64,000 nt of DNA from assembly GCF_009914755.1 (NCBI RefSeq), contig NC_060938.1; one strand, written 5' to 3'. The notes under the pieces were generated by a model, which saw only the letters and a program-made list of their open reading frames with translations, did not search any database and had not been told where the DNA came from. The position numbers were made by a program, and so were the translations under genes. This DNA comes from the human T2T-CHM13v2.0 reference genome, Homo sapiens. Below, piece after piece: positions 1-15,086 of the stretch. Every line of letters starts with the position of its first letter. Position 1 is the first letter of the stretch.

Positions 1-1229
1 TGCTACAAGGCCCATCCTGGATGCCTGGGAGTCCTTGGGTGCTTACAATTCCATGAGTGGACTCTGAGTCTTCCCAGAACTCAAGATTAATAGGACTGGC
101 TCATCCCCATCATTGCCACTGGGGCACTGATAAAGCTAAGAGCAACAGCTAAGGGGTCTGAAAGCCACATTTTCATGAGCGTTTATGTCTTTCAATGGTG
201 CTTTACTCTAGAGTTTTTGATAAAATTCTTTATAAATGACCCACCTCTGGAGTTAGTGGGTTTCAAGGCTGGTGGGCTCTTCTTCAATGTAAGTTTAACA
301 TTCCCTTTCCTGGCTAGCCTGCAAGCCTCCAGGCAAGCACAGGCCTAGCTGTGTCAGGTGCTGGACATTCAGCATACATTAACAATCATTTTGCACTTAG
401 AAAAAAAAAGGTGTTTTCAATTGCATTTTGGAACCTGGGACTCAGAGCAAAAGAATAAAAGCTGAATCCTAAAATAAGAAATGACCTGCCTTGGGTTATA
501 GTGGGGGAAGGGGTGGGCGAAGAGGGAATTCTAGAATAAAATTCAGAGCCATCTGTGAAGCTAAGGATAGGACAGTGGACAGTTGAGCTGTGCCTAAAAA
601 TCTTTGATTTGCAGACTCCTCTCATTAGGGAGCCGCCTGAATCTCTTCCCTTAGAAACTAAAATACGGATCGTGACTACCTCCAGGCAGGGGTTTTGCAT
701 GACTGCCTCCTACCTGGAGGTGACAGCCTAGTCTCTCCCCACAGAAATTCTCAGTACAAAAAGGCTGTCACTATATCCCCCCACCCCACCCCCCAATCTG
801 ATGCATCTAAAATTTAGATGTACAAAAAACAGTGGCTTCTTTTCATTTTCCTTACTCCTGGCTGGCGCCTCTAATTGCTCACTGAAAACAGTGGTTTGGA
901 TATTAATAGGCTGTAACTCAAGGCCCTACCTGAAGCTCGTTGTCAGGGAAACAGTACTCCAGCCCCGCAGCTGCTTCCCCAGCCTGGGAAGTACGGATGA
1001 GTTGGTGGGAGTTGGGGATTGTTTTACAGCTTCTGTTATTTCTCCCACTTTCTGCTATTTCTCAAGACCAAGTTAGAGGAAGAGGGGAAACTGGAGAAGA
1101 GGGTGAGGGTAGAGTAGCCCGGAGAAGCTTAGAGGAAGAGAGGAACTCTTTGGGAGAGGAAGACTAGGGGTCCTTGAAGTATGGCTTGGGGCACTAGGAT
1201 CTTTCCTCCCTCGGTCTACACGGGGTCAC

Positions 1230-2870
1230 TCTCTGGGTGGCTCCCAGCACCCGGAGGCCCGGCCCCCTCTGCTGCCCTCACCTGTCCCTCCTGCCTGGGC
1301 GCTGGGTGGCCCGAGGAGAGCGCAGCCAAGTTCCCCAGAAGAGGGATATGAGCGGCCACAAGGCTGAGAAGCCGGACAGAAAAAGGCAGAGAGCAGCGCT
1401 GCGGTCGGACGGGCTAGAGGCGCAATCCCCTTCGCTCCCAGGCCAGGGTCCTGGAGAAGGCGGACGAGAACACGCACCCCCGTCACCCTCTCCCTGCGCC
1501 CCGGGGTGACGGACTCTCCGGGATCCCGCTCTCCAAAGCTAGCACCAAGTGCCTCGGACGCCCGCGCGCGTTCCCGCGTCCCGGGATGATCTTTGCCGCA
1601 GCTGCCGGGCTTCCCGGGCCCCGCACCCCTCCCACCCCACGCCCGACAACCGGGGCTGGACTCCCACCCGGTCCTCTGGGCCCTGCGCGTCAGGCGCCCC
1701 CTGGGCCCAGCGCTCCTTTGAGCTGGCGCCGCGCGTCCCAGCCTTGCGCACCCGCACCCAGCTCCCTTGGCCGCCGGGCCCTCCTGGGACTCACCTGCCC
1801 TGGGACTGAAGCGGGGGCCACCCCGAGCCCGGGGGTGGCGGCGGCGGCGGCGCAGGGGGAGGAGGGCAGCGCGGGGCTCCTGGCACAGCGGCCGCCGGGC
1901 GCCTGGTGCTGCCGAGCCGCGGACCCGCCCAGAGATATAAATAACATTATCTGAGGAGGGACATTCCTGCCGGGGGACATCGCTGCTGCCGGGACCAGAT
2001 AGTCCCGCGGCGGGGGCGGGGAGGCGGGGCCGCAGCCTCCCGCAGCGCCAAGCCCAGCCCCCGCCTTCCCCACCCACTCACGCACCTGCCAATCAGCCTC
2101 CGCGCCTGGGGGCACCTGCCGGGCCTCAGCCCGGCTCCTGGAACCCGCCTCTGCCTCCCCGCCCGCCGCTGAGCCTGGGACGCCTCCATCGTCGTTCATT
2201 GCCCCTAACCCCGCGCCACCCCGAGCCCCCTGAGACGGGAATGGGGTTGGACTCTAGCTCGGGCCTAATTCGTGCGCCCGGAGAGGCAAGCCTGGTGGCG
2301 AAAATGAGCCCTCCAGCCTTTCCCGCCCTGCATCCCCACTGCACACAGTTCAGTTTTTAAAATATATGAAAAGACATTTAGGCCATAGGGTGGGCGCGGC
2401 GGGTACCCGGGAGGTGAACCCCCGCCGTGGCGGGTTTGGGAGGGACAGATTGTTCCCGGGGGCTGGTGCATTAGAAAGCGCGCTCCCGGGCGGGCTTCTC
2501 TCGGCTGGCGGTGGGAGGGCAGGAGGCGGGCACTGGGCCCGAGGGCCCCACCCCCAGCCCGAGCTCAGTGTCGCTGTTTCTGCCCGAAAACCTAGTGTAA
2601 TCAGGACGAACCAGGCAAAGCTGGCGGCGCGCAGCCTGCAGTCCCAAGGAGCTCGCACATTGTAGGGACTGTAATCAACAGGCAGGCTACCACACCTGCC
2701 CACTGGCACCTCCTGGCCGGCCCGGGTCTCCGGGCGAGTGGGGGTGCCTCACTACAAGCATGGATGAGGCGCGGCGCAGCAGGCCAGAGGAAATACTAGA
2801 ACCGATGGTGCCAAAAAGGCATCTCCGAGTTGCCCCCGGAGAGAAACTCAACAGAACACCGGCAGCTCGC
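1230..2870. promoter_or_regulatory. SPTB: CpG island / promoter (SPTB upstream promoter by synteny)
   Basis: Very GC- and CpG-rich. Contains GC boxes (2012-2030), CCAAT (2089-2093), CACCC (2071-2075), WGATAR (1997-2002) and an isolated AT-rich TATA-like element (1936-1943). Gene identity comes from the known order SPTB(-)/CHURC1(+)/GPX2(-), not from coding sequence. Confidence 0.75.
1795..1910 (-). other. SPTB: Non-coding first exon (5'UTR) of beta-spectrin, followed by intron 1
   Basis: Consensus donor CAG|GTGAGT on the minus strand (plus strand actcac|ctg; exon ends at 1795). TSS estimated about 25-30 nt from the TATTTATA element. Gene assignment is by synteny. Confidence 0.65.
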
Positions 2871-3963
2871 AAGGCAGTACATTTTCTTGACTTTCTAACG
2901 ATACAAGGTCATTGTTCAGTAAGGTTTACGTGTACGCCTTGAGGTAGCTTTCATCTCTTTTCTCCACTTGCGGTGCCTGGGATGATTTCTCACCAGCTAT
3001 CAACGCAGGTAATCTCAGGTATTATGGAAATGGCCGTGGAGATTAAAAGCGCATAGATGCAGAAGAAGTTTTAACTTTTACTGATGCTGCCTGGTGTTCT
3101 TAACAAGGGAACAGTCTTACTCCTGAGTTATTTGCTTGGGATTGTAATTGTGCTGTTTTCCAGAATTCACCCAGGAAAGGGGTGTTTGCCAGATGTTCGA
3201 GTTTAGTTTATATATTGAACATATGCAAAGATACTTCACTTCCTGCTGCAGTCCCACTTCTTGAGGGTGGGCATTTAGACACTGAGATGTGCTGAGTGGG
3301 ACAAACGCCCCAGGTATTACAGAGCCACAGAATTCTTCACTCCACCCTCCTCTTGGCTGGATCCTTATTACAGCTCAATTTTCCAAGAGACACTAGTAAT
3401 ATGGGAAAGAGGATACAAAAACATTCATGGTCATCGATAGATTAGCAGTGATCCCCTCCTCCCCTTTGTTGACAACATTTAAGAATGCATTTGTCTATTA
3501 CTGAGTTAAAAAGAGAAAGTTCTGTTTTGTGAAAAAAAAATGTTTAAAAGTCAAATTCTGGCAAGGAAAGCTCAAGAAAAACAGGCCAACTTCAAAAGCT
3601 GAGACTATTATATATCTCAAGAAGAAATCCTTCATCTATTTTTGTTAGAAAAAAATGGAGGGAAATTATGTATTTATGGTTTTTTAAAAGCTTGTATGAA
3701 TAAACTTATTAGATAAATTCATGGTTCTCTAGAATGGTGGTTCTGCAGCTACGTAATTATATACTATATGCAAGCCAGATAATTCCTTAGCTATAGGTCT
3801 GTGGCACTGAACTGAATAGTTGCATACATATTTTTCTTTGTAGCCTTAAAATTTATAATTTTCAACCATAAGAAAAAATTAATATGATAAAACTCCAAAT
3901 CAGCAGACAGATTACCCCAACATTTTACAAACCAGCTCAGCTGCTTTAGTTATCTCCACTTTA

Positions 3964-4611
<648 letters not shown>

Positions 4612-4989
4612 CTATGTGAAGGATAGGAGATTAACCCTCATCCTGGTTGGACAAAGGACTGCCCCCACTGGTCTCCCACCCATGTTGAAAACCTACACTT
4701 CCGAGCTACCCAGCAAGCTCCACATAGGCAGTCTGCAGATTTGGAAGAGTTCTGGGGCCAGAAGAGAAGGTGTGCATTTGAGAATAGATGTTGACAGCCA
4801 GAGAGTGGGGGGGGTAAACCTTCACAGAACTGTCTACTCAGGTCTAGCTGAAACCAACAGGTGAGGCCAAGAAGATATAAGTTGAGACTTATGTTAGAAT
4901 CATCTAACATAAGAGGGAACTTTCACTTTCCATTTCTGTAGTCTTTGAGTTTTTCACAATAAGCTTGTATTGTTTAATAATAAGTAGAA

Positions 4990-6100
4990 ATGATAAATAA
5001 ATTAAAAAGTAAAGATTGGATGGAGATGGTGGATTGAATACACGCATTTAGCTTCTCTTCTACCCCAAATTTCATTAGAAGATATGTCTGAAACAGGCAT
5101 CTAAAAGCACAGGAAAATAAGGAAAAGGGGATCAGTGTTCCAACAATGTTCAAGAAATCCAGAGATACAGAAAAGATGCAAGATCTGATTCACAGAGAAA
5201 TAAAATCAGAGGAAACCAAAACAGATTCAGGAGGAGCAATAGTTTAGGGAAGTTGCAAGCAAGAGTTAAAGGATACAAGAGGAGGAGGGGCCCTGAGACA
5301 GAATAATTCACTTAGGAGCCTCCTCTGTCCTGCTCACATTAAATATCAGGTGTTTGCCTGCAGGACTAAAAAAAAAGTTAATGGGGATCCTGGGACCCAA
5401 GGGGCAGAGCTCAGGGATCTAGTGACCCCAAGAAATGACAGAAACCATTCACTCTCTTGGGATAGCATGTCCTGACCCTTCTTCACAGCCCCTGAAGATA
5501 GGCTATGATAAGCAGAAAGAGGAGACAAGCCCATTCCCACATTAAGGGATGATAGGACAACCACCAAATATCTTATGGGGAGAGGGGAACCAATACCATG
5601 AAAGAGAAGCACCAAACCCAACTAATAGAAGGAAATAATATCAGAGGAAACTAAGTTAATAAAAGGAACAAGATAAATGTTAAATAATTTAATTTTTATC
5701 AGCAAGTCTTGAAAGGATATTGCATCCACAACAAATAATCAGTGAGAAACCTTAGAAATTTAAAAAGTCATTTCTGATATTGAAAATTCATTAGTTGAGA
5801 AGCAGAACAGACCTACTTGAAGGGCAAATTAGTGGAAACAGAAGCCAAAGAAATTTTCCCCAAACACCGGGCAAAAGACAAAGGAGATGGAAAGTATGTG
5901 AAAATGGTTGAAAGCCATGTAGGCAAAATCCCCCAAGGTCCAGTATTTGCTTAATGGAAGTTACAAAAGGAAAGAAAAGAGAGTAGAAGAAGGTAATAAT
6001 GGGAAAGTAGAATAGAAATTCTCAGAGTTGAAGAAAAGCATAAATTTTCAGATTATAAAAACCAACTGAGTTGCCAGCCAGATGATTTTTAAATATAGTT
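4990..6100 (+). mobile_element. Ancient L1M/HAL1 5'-ORF1 region fragment
   Basis: Purine/A-rich degenerate sequence resembling L1 ORF1. Confidence 0.45.
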
Positions 6101-6245
6101 CACAGTTTTATGAACAGTTTTAAAGTTTATGATTTTATTTATAAAACCCAAGACATTGAATAAAAATAAGTCATAAACCAAAAACTATAATAAGCTACAC
6201 CAACTTGCTTGGCCTTGAATTAAATTGATCCTAAAAATATTTTGA

Positions 6246-6420
6246 GCTGGATGCGATGGCTCATGCCTGTAATCCCAGCACTTTGGGAGGCTGAGGTGGG
6301 AGGATCACCTGAGCCTAGGAGTTCGAAGCAGCAGTGAGCTATGATCACGCCACTGTACTCCAGCTTGGGTGACAGAGCAAGACCCTATCTAAAACAAAAA
6401 TAAAAACAAAAACAAAAAAC
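6246..6420 (+). mobile_element. Alu monomer (FAM/FRAM-like)
   Basis: Single 7SL-derived arm with A-rich tail. Confidence 0.8.
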
Positions 6421-7042
6421 TGAATCACATAACCAAAGTTATTTGTGTGAAATAAATGAACCACTTGAATTCAGAAATGAATATATATGTAGGAAAGCTA
6501 CTGAAAAACGTAAATACCAAACCAAACAAACCTGAAGTTCCACTCAACTCAAACTCAAATCCCCGCCAACAATGGAGGTATCAAGAACTCATGATAATGT
6601 TCAGAAATCATCAGAATAGTGCCCAGAGCTCAAAAATCATTATTTCCCTTCTTTACCCTTTTGCAAAGACATGCATTTCATAAAATTAAGGTGAAATTTC
6701 CATTTCATTTTTGGAAACATCTAGAGGCATCACATTCTCCACAACTTTCAAAGACAAAGCAGCAGCAGGACCAATTGGAAAAGCCTGCCATTTACAATAT
6801 GGAGGAATCAAGGATTAGGGACCAAACTTGCCCTTCAGATGCCTCAAACAGAATGGTTGTGGAAGGAACCTGAAAGCCTGGAGCAAGTTTGCAAATACCA
6901 GATGAACCATCTTCTGAAGGGGCAGATGACACCAATTTCAAATTTCCCTCCACCAATAACAGGAAAAAGCAAAACAAGATTTGTATCCTGTCATCTGCTA
7001 GTCCATGGAAGCATTAACCAGGCTTGGAAATTAATGAGCATC

Positions 7043-7336
7043 TTTTCTTTTCTTTTTTTTTTTTTTGAGGTGGAGTCTTGCTCTGTTGCCCAGGCTGGAA
7101 TGCAGTGGCTCACTGCAACCTCCACCTCCTGGGTTCAAGTGATTTTCCCACCTCAGCCTCCTGAGTAGCTGGGATTACAGGCATGCGCCACCATGCCCAG
7201 CTAATTTTTGTATTTTTAGTAGAGACGGGGTTTCACCATGTTGGTCAGGCTAGTCTCGAACTCCTGACCTCATGATCCACCTGCCTTGGCCTCTCAAAGT
7301 GCTGGGATTACAGGTGTGAGCCACCATGCCTGGCTG
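7043..7336 (-). mobile_element. AluS
   Basis: Antisense dimer; TSD gcatctttt. Confidence 0.9.
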
Positions 7337-7493
7337 CATCTTTTCTTATATTGCAGTTCCTGATCTTTCCTTGCCACACAGGATTAGGTTTTTTGTCACC
7401 TCACATGAGCTTGAGTAGATGTAATGGCAGACTTACACTGGGGTATCTGATGAACTGGGACCTGTAGGTGCTAATTCACCTTGTTCCCAAGGC

Positions 7494-7886
7494 TGTATTA
7501 ATTTGCTAGGGCTCCCATGACAAAGTACCATATGCTGGGTGACTCAAACACAAAAATTAATTTTCTTACGGTACTAGGGTCTAGAAGTCCAAGATCAAGG
7601 TTTCGGCAGGGTTGATTTCTTCTGAAGCCTCTCTCCTTGGCTTGTAGAGGGCTATCTTTTCCCTCTGTCTTCACATAGTCTCCACTCTGTGTGCACCTAT
7701 GTCCTACTCTCTTTTTTTTTTTTTATGGACATGAGTTATATTTGGTTAGGGCCCATCCATATGACCTCAGTTTTACTTTCACTACCTCTGTAAAGCCTTA
7801 TCTCCAAATACAGTCACTTTCTGAGGCATTGAGATCTAAGACTTCAACATGTGAATTTAGGGGGATACAATTAAGTCCATGACACA
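7494..7886. mobile_element. MLT1-family MaLR solo LTR
   Basis: Begins tgtattaatttgctagggct, contains aagtccaagatcaagg, ends in ca. Confidence 0.75.
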
Positions 7887-10017
7887 GCCTCATCTTTTCT
7901 CACAATGAATTGCTTCTGGAGCCTCTTACCTGTTCATCCGTTCTCCAGTTTCCCTCTCCTTCAATTCTGCTTCCACATAGTAGCCAAAGTACACTTTCTA
8001 AAAAGGAAGGTTGGTCTTGTCACTCTGCTTCTTTAAATCAGCCAGTGGCTCCCCATTGCTTTCAGGATATAGTTTTAAGATTCCCGGCACTTAGCATAGT
8101 ATCTGACACAAAAGATATACTTAATAAAGGCCTAATGAGCAAATGAGTAAATAAATGAATGAACACATTATGGAAATTAAAGGAGGTTGCAATCTTGGAG
8201 ATCAACCAAAGAACAGGTAATTCAAAAAGTCATTTCTATTTGGCTTAAAAATGCATATTTGTGATTTTTTTCAGGAGATTAACTTTCCTATCTATGTTCA
8301 AATAAGGTTATTTAAATGAATTCACATTCCCTGAAACATAGCTGGCAATATTTGTGCCTGAATTTCACCAGGTCCTCAGCTACCCTGATGCATCCATACC
8401 TAACTTATTGTCAATGGGTGAGAAATGGAGTGAATCGAGTAGGTTTTATGCTCACAGTTACCACTGAGCTCATCTATGGAGGCAGGGGTCTGCCATCTTC
8501 CAACGTCTTTATAACAAGGGATAGCAAACACAATAATGATGATTCGGTTAGCTTTTGTCTCTGTCTGCTCCACCCTCTCAGTGTCATTTTCAGTCCTCAT
8601 CCTTGGGCAATGGCCCTGCTCCAACTCCCATACTCCAATATGCCAAAGCCTTGAGTACACAGGATTAAGAACATAGGAAGATGAATCCAAACGCATTATA
8701 AGGAGTGAGTTAATGTTGTTTTGATATTAACACTCTACCTTGAGTACTCCAGACAGTGGGTAGTCTGCAAGTAGACAACTGAGAGTAACTAACCCTGAAA
8801 ACTTTGTTCTCTTCCTTTATTAATATTTATCAAGCCAGAAACTCAAATCAAGGGTAGAAAATATAATTTTAAAAAATCAAATTTGTTAATATGGAATGAC
8901 AGCTGGAGTTCTAACAGTTTAACCAATAAAACAATTTTGTGTTTATATGATAATTACTGCCAGCATAAATGGTCTTGTTAATTGCTTTTATTTGTTAGTG
9001 AGCAGTTTCCAAATTCACAAATATTTGTTCTTAATATTAACCAAGACCTTTGGGAAATTTTCAATAAAGTTTGGAAAGACATTGCAATAAAAGACTCCAT
9101 TACTTCTGCAAATTCATCTCATCTTCTTTTCTATTGGATATTTCTACAGCTGCTCAATTTCTGTTTGGATATTTCTTCAATGATTTAAGGTCTGGTCTAC
9201 AAGAAACTATGATTCAATTCAAACATATGTTTTATAGAATTCATACAGAATATAACTGGGTCTTCTCAGAAATATCATTTTCCTCATTTTTTTGGTATGA
9301 AAAATTCTATTTTTAAAAGTGCATTTATCATTTTCTCTCTTCCAAATGCCTTATGTCATTTTTATTCAATTTCGTGAAGTAAATTGCTATCATTATCCTT
9401 ACTGCTATATTAAGAAATTAAGAAAGAGTTTAAGTAGTTTTACAAAGATCACATAGAAATCCAAATCTCTGCTTATTAAAGCATCATTTATTCAAGGAGC
9501 AGTATCTCATGATTTTTAAATTAACAAATCCCATGATATGTAATGTAGATGATTCATACTATAACCTAATATTTTAAGTCATTAATTAAGTCAAGAATTT
9601 AGCCCCACATTATGCTAAGCATGTAGAGTAACAACTCTGTGCTGCTTGTTCTATTCCATCTCCATCTTAGTAATCAAAATGCACTTACGCACCCAGCTCT
9701 TGACCTTCCATAGCAGAAACTGAACCAAAGGAAAGCTGTAGACCCTTCTTTTGGGAGGAGTTCCAAACTGTGAGTGGGCATTTGTTTTCCATCACTGACC
9801 CCAACTGCTGCCTAACTCTATTTCTCCACCCTTACCCTTCTCCTCAAATAAATACTGCCAGGCATAAACAGGTATATGTTTATGCCTGTTTATGGCATAA
9901 ACAGCCCCATATAACACCAGCCCCATATATTTCAAATACTCAGCATATCCCTATCCTGCCTTCATTCCAAAGAATGTACTGGAATCTGCTAACTTATTTC
10001 ATAACTAAAAACAAATC

Positions 10018-10325
<308 letters not shown>

Positions 10326-11230
10326 TAAAAGCAAATCTTAAAATGCAATGACCCCGGGAGGAGTTAGCTTTTAAGGTAGGATCTTTTGGCTATTGGCATA
10401 AGAAAAAAAAGTCAGTTCCACTTAGTGACATTTTAAGAGCCAAGAATTTTTTTTTTAAGATAGTAGCAGGGTAAACCAGAAAGATCACTAGATGTAAAGG
10501 CAAAATACCTGGATTCTACTTCCTCTTAACCTCTCTATACCTCAGCTTCTCTTCTGCGAAATGATGGCATTGAACTAGCTAGTCTCTAAGGATTCTTTTA
10601 GCTTTAGCTTTCTATGTTTTACACTTATGCTAAGAACATAGTAGATGTTCATTATAATAATGAAAAATTGGAAATCACTTCAATGTTCATCAAAATGGGA
10701 TTGGTTAAACCAATTATGGTGTGAACGCATGCACACACACACACACACACATAAATTCTATGTAGTCATTTAAGTGATGTGGTTTTATGCTTACTGATAG
10801 GGAAAGATGTCATGGCATACTGTTGATTTTTTTTAAGTAGGCTCTAAATAATTTCTATTTGATTAGGAAATAAGACATTTCATATCAGGAAAGATACTCC
10901 AAAAAATCTAAGTGATTTCTAGATGGTGAGATTTAGAGTAATTCTTACTTCCTTCTCTATTTTGCTATAAGGTTTGGGTATTTCATAAGCATAGAATATT
11001 TTATAATAAATAATAAAGTTGTTTTCAATGTGGGGGAAAATATAGTTAAATATAAATAGCAGATATGAGATCCTTACCTGCGAACAAGCTTTGATAGAGA
11101 GGATGGTGAGAACAAGAACAAAACAGCAGTGAACTAAAGGAAAACAAGGTCTGAATATTCTCATCAATAACTCAGATAATGAAATAACCGTGCCACAAAG
11201 GTTAGAAAAAAAAAAACTATTCTTTTTATA

Positions 11231-11316
11231 CAAAACCGGCACAGCTGATCTGTTTTGCTCATTCAGGGATCTAATCAAAACCAGCACAGCTGATCTGTTT
11301 TGCTCATTCAGGGATC
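11231..11316. repeat. 41-bp direct duplication (period 45)
   Basis: Two copies of caaaacc(g/a)gcacagctgatctgttttgctcattcagggatc with one mismatch. Confidence 0.9.
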
Positions 11317-11449
11317 CCATCGCCAGTGTGGAAGATGGAGTTGCCTGACTCATGCTCAGCCCCTTACCAGTCCACCCCATGAGCAATGGGAAGACCTGTC
11401 GAGTCATCACACTGGCCATTAGACCAACCTGAGGCTATGGAAAGAAACA

Positions 11450-12095
11450 ATCCTTACTTCGTTTTATGCTGCTATAACAGAATACTATGGATTGGGTAAT
11501 TTATAATAAACAGAATTTATTTGGCTCATGGTTCTGGAGGCTGGGAAGTCCAAGATTATGGCACCAACATGTGGCGAAGGCCTTCTTGCTGCATCATCTC
11601 GTGGTGGAAAGGTGGAAGGGCAAGAGAGCGAACAAACGTGAGGGCAAAAGGTGCTGTTCTTATCAAACCCACTCTCCTGATAATGAATGCCCTCCTAAGA
11701 TAATAACATGAATGCATTTATGGGGGCAGAGCCCTCATGACCTAATAACTCCCTCAAGATCCCACCTGTCTGGACGGATTGTTTGAGCTCAGGAATTCAA
11801 AACCAGCCTTGAGAACATGGCAAAACCCAGTCTCTACAAAAAAAATTAAAAATTAGCTGGGCATGGTTGTACATGCCTGTAGTCCCAGCTACTCAGGAGG
11901 CTGGGGTGGGAGGATCACCTGAGCCTGGGAGGCCAAGGCTGCAGCAAGCCGAGATCACACCACTGCACTCCCACCTGGGCAACAGAGTAAGACTCTGTCT
12001 CGAAAAAAAAAAAAAAAAACCACCTGTCAACACTGCTGCATTGGGGATTAAGTCTCCAACACATGAACTTTGGGGAACACATTCAAACCATAGCA
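11450..12095. mobile_element. MST-type MaLR LTR interrupted by a 5'-truncated Alu (about 11768-12020, +)
   Basis: Matches tgctgctataacagaatac...ggctcatggttctggaggctgggaagtccaag...attcaaaccatagca; ccacctgtc is repeated on both sides of the Alu. Confidence 0.75.
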
Positions 12096-12310
12096 AACCC
12101 TAACCATTTTATGACAGGATTGATCTTATAACTTTGTTTTCTTTACTATTGTGCTTTAATTATTTGAGTTTCCTAAGGTTGCCTAATTAACCTTGATAAC
12201 TATATTTATTACTCAAATAAACATGAAAAAATGCAGAACAAATTATAAGATAGGTTAACTATCAAGTGGGAATTCATACAAGATAAGTCAGCAAAAGAAG
12301 AAGAATAAGC

Positions 12311-12452
12311 TTTTTTTTTTTCTTTTCTTTTCTTGAGAGACAGAGTCTTGTTATGTTACCCAGGCTGGTTTCAAACTCTTGAGCTCAGGGAATCCTGCCA
12401 TCTCAACCTCCCAAGCAGCTAGGACTACAGGTGTGAGGCACTGCACACAGCT
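12311..12452 (-). mobile_element. FLAM Alu monomer
   Basis: TSD agaataagctt. Confidence 0.8.
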
Positions 12453-12481
12453 GAGAATAAGCTTCTTACATGCAAAATGGT

Positions 12482-12772
<291 letters not shown>

Positions 12773-13120
12773 GCAAAATAGTGAATAACAGTTTTGAAGT
12801 TGAAAATTGGTAGAAAAAAAAAATCTTGTGGGAGATCATAAAGACAGGTCACTACTGTGGTTGTTATCAGTCAAAAAGTGTGTGGCGTAGTTGCAACACC
12901 CAGTATGGGGATCTGGATCTCTATGTGGGATGGGCGATCTGAGTGTCCAAACGGGATCTAAACTTCTCTACTTGAGGAATCTTTCTGTTGCTGACTTAAA
13001 TGATTGTTAGTAGTATATTATTTGCTTTTTGCCATTTGTATCATACCTTTCATACTCAAATTCCTTGACTCAATTTGGGAATCAATGGCTATAGAGGTTA
13101 ACTAAGGAGTTAGCGAGTGC

Positions 13121-13175
13121 ATAGAGAAGCTATGAAAATAGAGAATAGAGAAGCTATGAGAATAGAGAAGCTATG
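13121..13175. repeat. Short tandem repeat (atagagaagctatg, three copies)
   Basis: Seen directly in the sequence. Confidence 0.8.
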
Positions 13176-13677
13176 CTCACAAGGAAGAGAATTTCTGAGG
13201 TTTAGACCCAGAGCAGCTCAGGAAGTCAACTGGTCTCTGCCTACTGGAAGTGCTGGAGGCATGCAAGGACCATGACCAGAAACTCTAAGTGGAGCCACAA
13301 CAAGTCAAGAACAGCATGCACATAATTTACAGTTTATCTCTCACTAACTCATTATTTATTTTACTTGTTATATTCTGCTTACTGAAGGGATTTTTGAAGG
13401 TGTTCTTGTGATTTATTTACCAGAACAAAGTTCTGTATCAGTCTTCTCTTCCCAACTAAATTGTATAATGCTTGATACTTTAAAAAGTTTCTCTTCTATT
13501 GCCCAAGATCCCTAGTATGATACTAAACAATGATAGGTGGATAGGGCATACGCAAAAATAATGCTGAAGATTTTAATACGCATAAGTACACAGCATAAGT
13601 ACATAGTTTCTACTAGTTGCTTTAATGAATAAAGCTATGTTACAGATTCTAGCTCATCTCCTGGATCCCACATAAGA

Positions 13678-13808
13678 CATGGTGACCATATGTTCCAGTT
13701 TGCGCAAAACAGGTTTGCACCTGTTATCCTGGCATAATCGTTAATAGTGCTCCCTTGGCACTCTCAAAAATGTACTGGTTTGGACAATAAATTATACAAT
13801 GACCTTAT
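13678..13808. mobile_element. MER94-like hAT-Blackjack MITE
   Basis: ggtgaccatatg terminal motif. Confidence 0.55.
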
Positions 13809-14099
13809 TGATCAGCTGCCCCCCAGGGGCTTCCCAGTAATTTCCAATGTACAAAAAGTAATTTTGCTTTAACAGTGAAGGAAAGCTTTATGGCAAAAGA
13901 CAACCACAAAGTACAAAGTTAAAATTACATTAACTACTTACTATTTCCTATGTAAGATGGTTTATCTCTATGTAAATGTGAGCCAACTCTGCCCTCTGCT
14001 GTCTTATGACAGTATTATGACACTGTTTCAGCTTCATTGATTGAAGCTGATTGTGTTAGTCGTGCTGACTACCTTAGAGTATGGATTCTCATCTTTGCC

Positions 14100-14247
14100 T
14101 ACTGCTATATTAGCTTTTAAAAATCCCCACTGTCTATGCTGCATCCTACACCAGTAAATCAGAATCTCTCAGGATGGGACCCAATCATGAATTTTTGTAA
14201 GCTCCCCAGTTGATTTCAATGTGCAACTAAGGTTAAGAACGGTTGCT
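14100..14247. mobile_element. MER5-like hAT-Charlie fragment
   Basis: Matches aatcagaatctct...aagctcccca...gttaagaac. Confidence 0.65.
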
Positions 14248-14384
14248 TAGAACATCAGATTGAATAGTCTGTTGTGGTTCACTTAGCTATTTGATTTCAC
14301 AGTCCAGATTAGACTATACTCCTAATTATGTCTGGGAATCCTTGGAGATTGGAAGAAAAAGATGAGTATATCAGAACAAATCTC

Positions 14385-15086
<702 letters not shown>

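Noticed and set aside
1226-2872. Long overlapping ORFs (283, 169, 122 and 119 aa) in the first CpG island
   Set aside because: They are Gly/Ala/Arg/Pro-rich in several frames on both strands, as expected from stop-codon depletion in GC-rich DNA. I recognise no domain.
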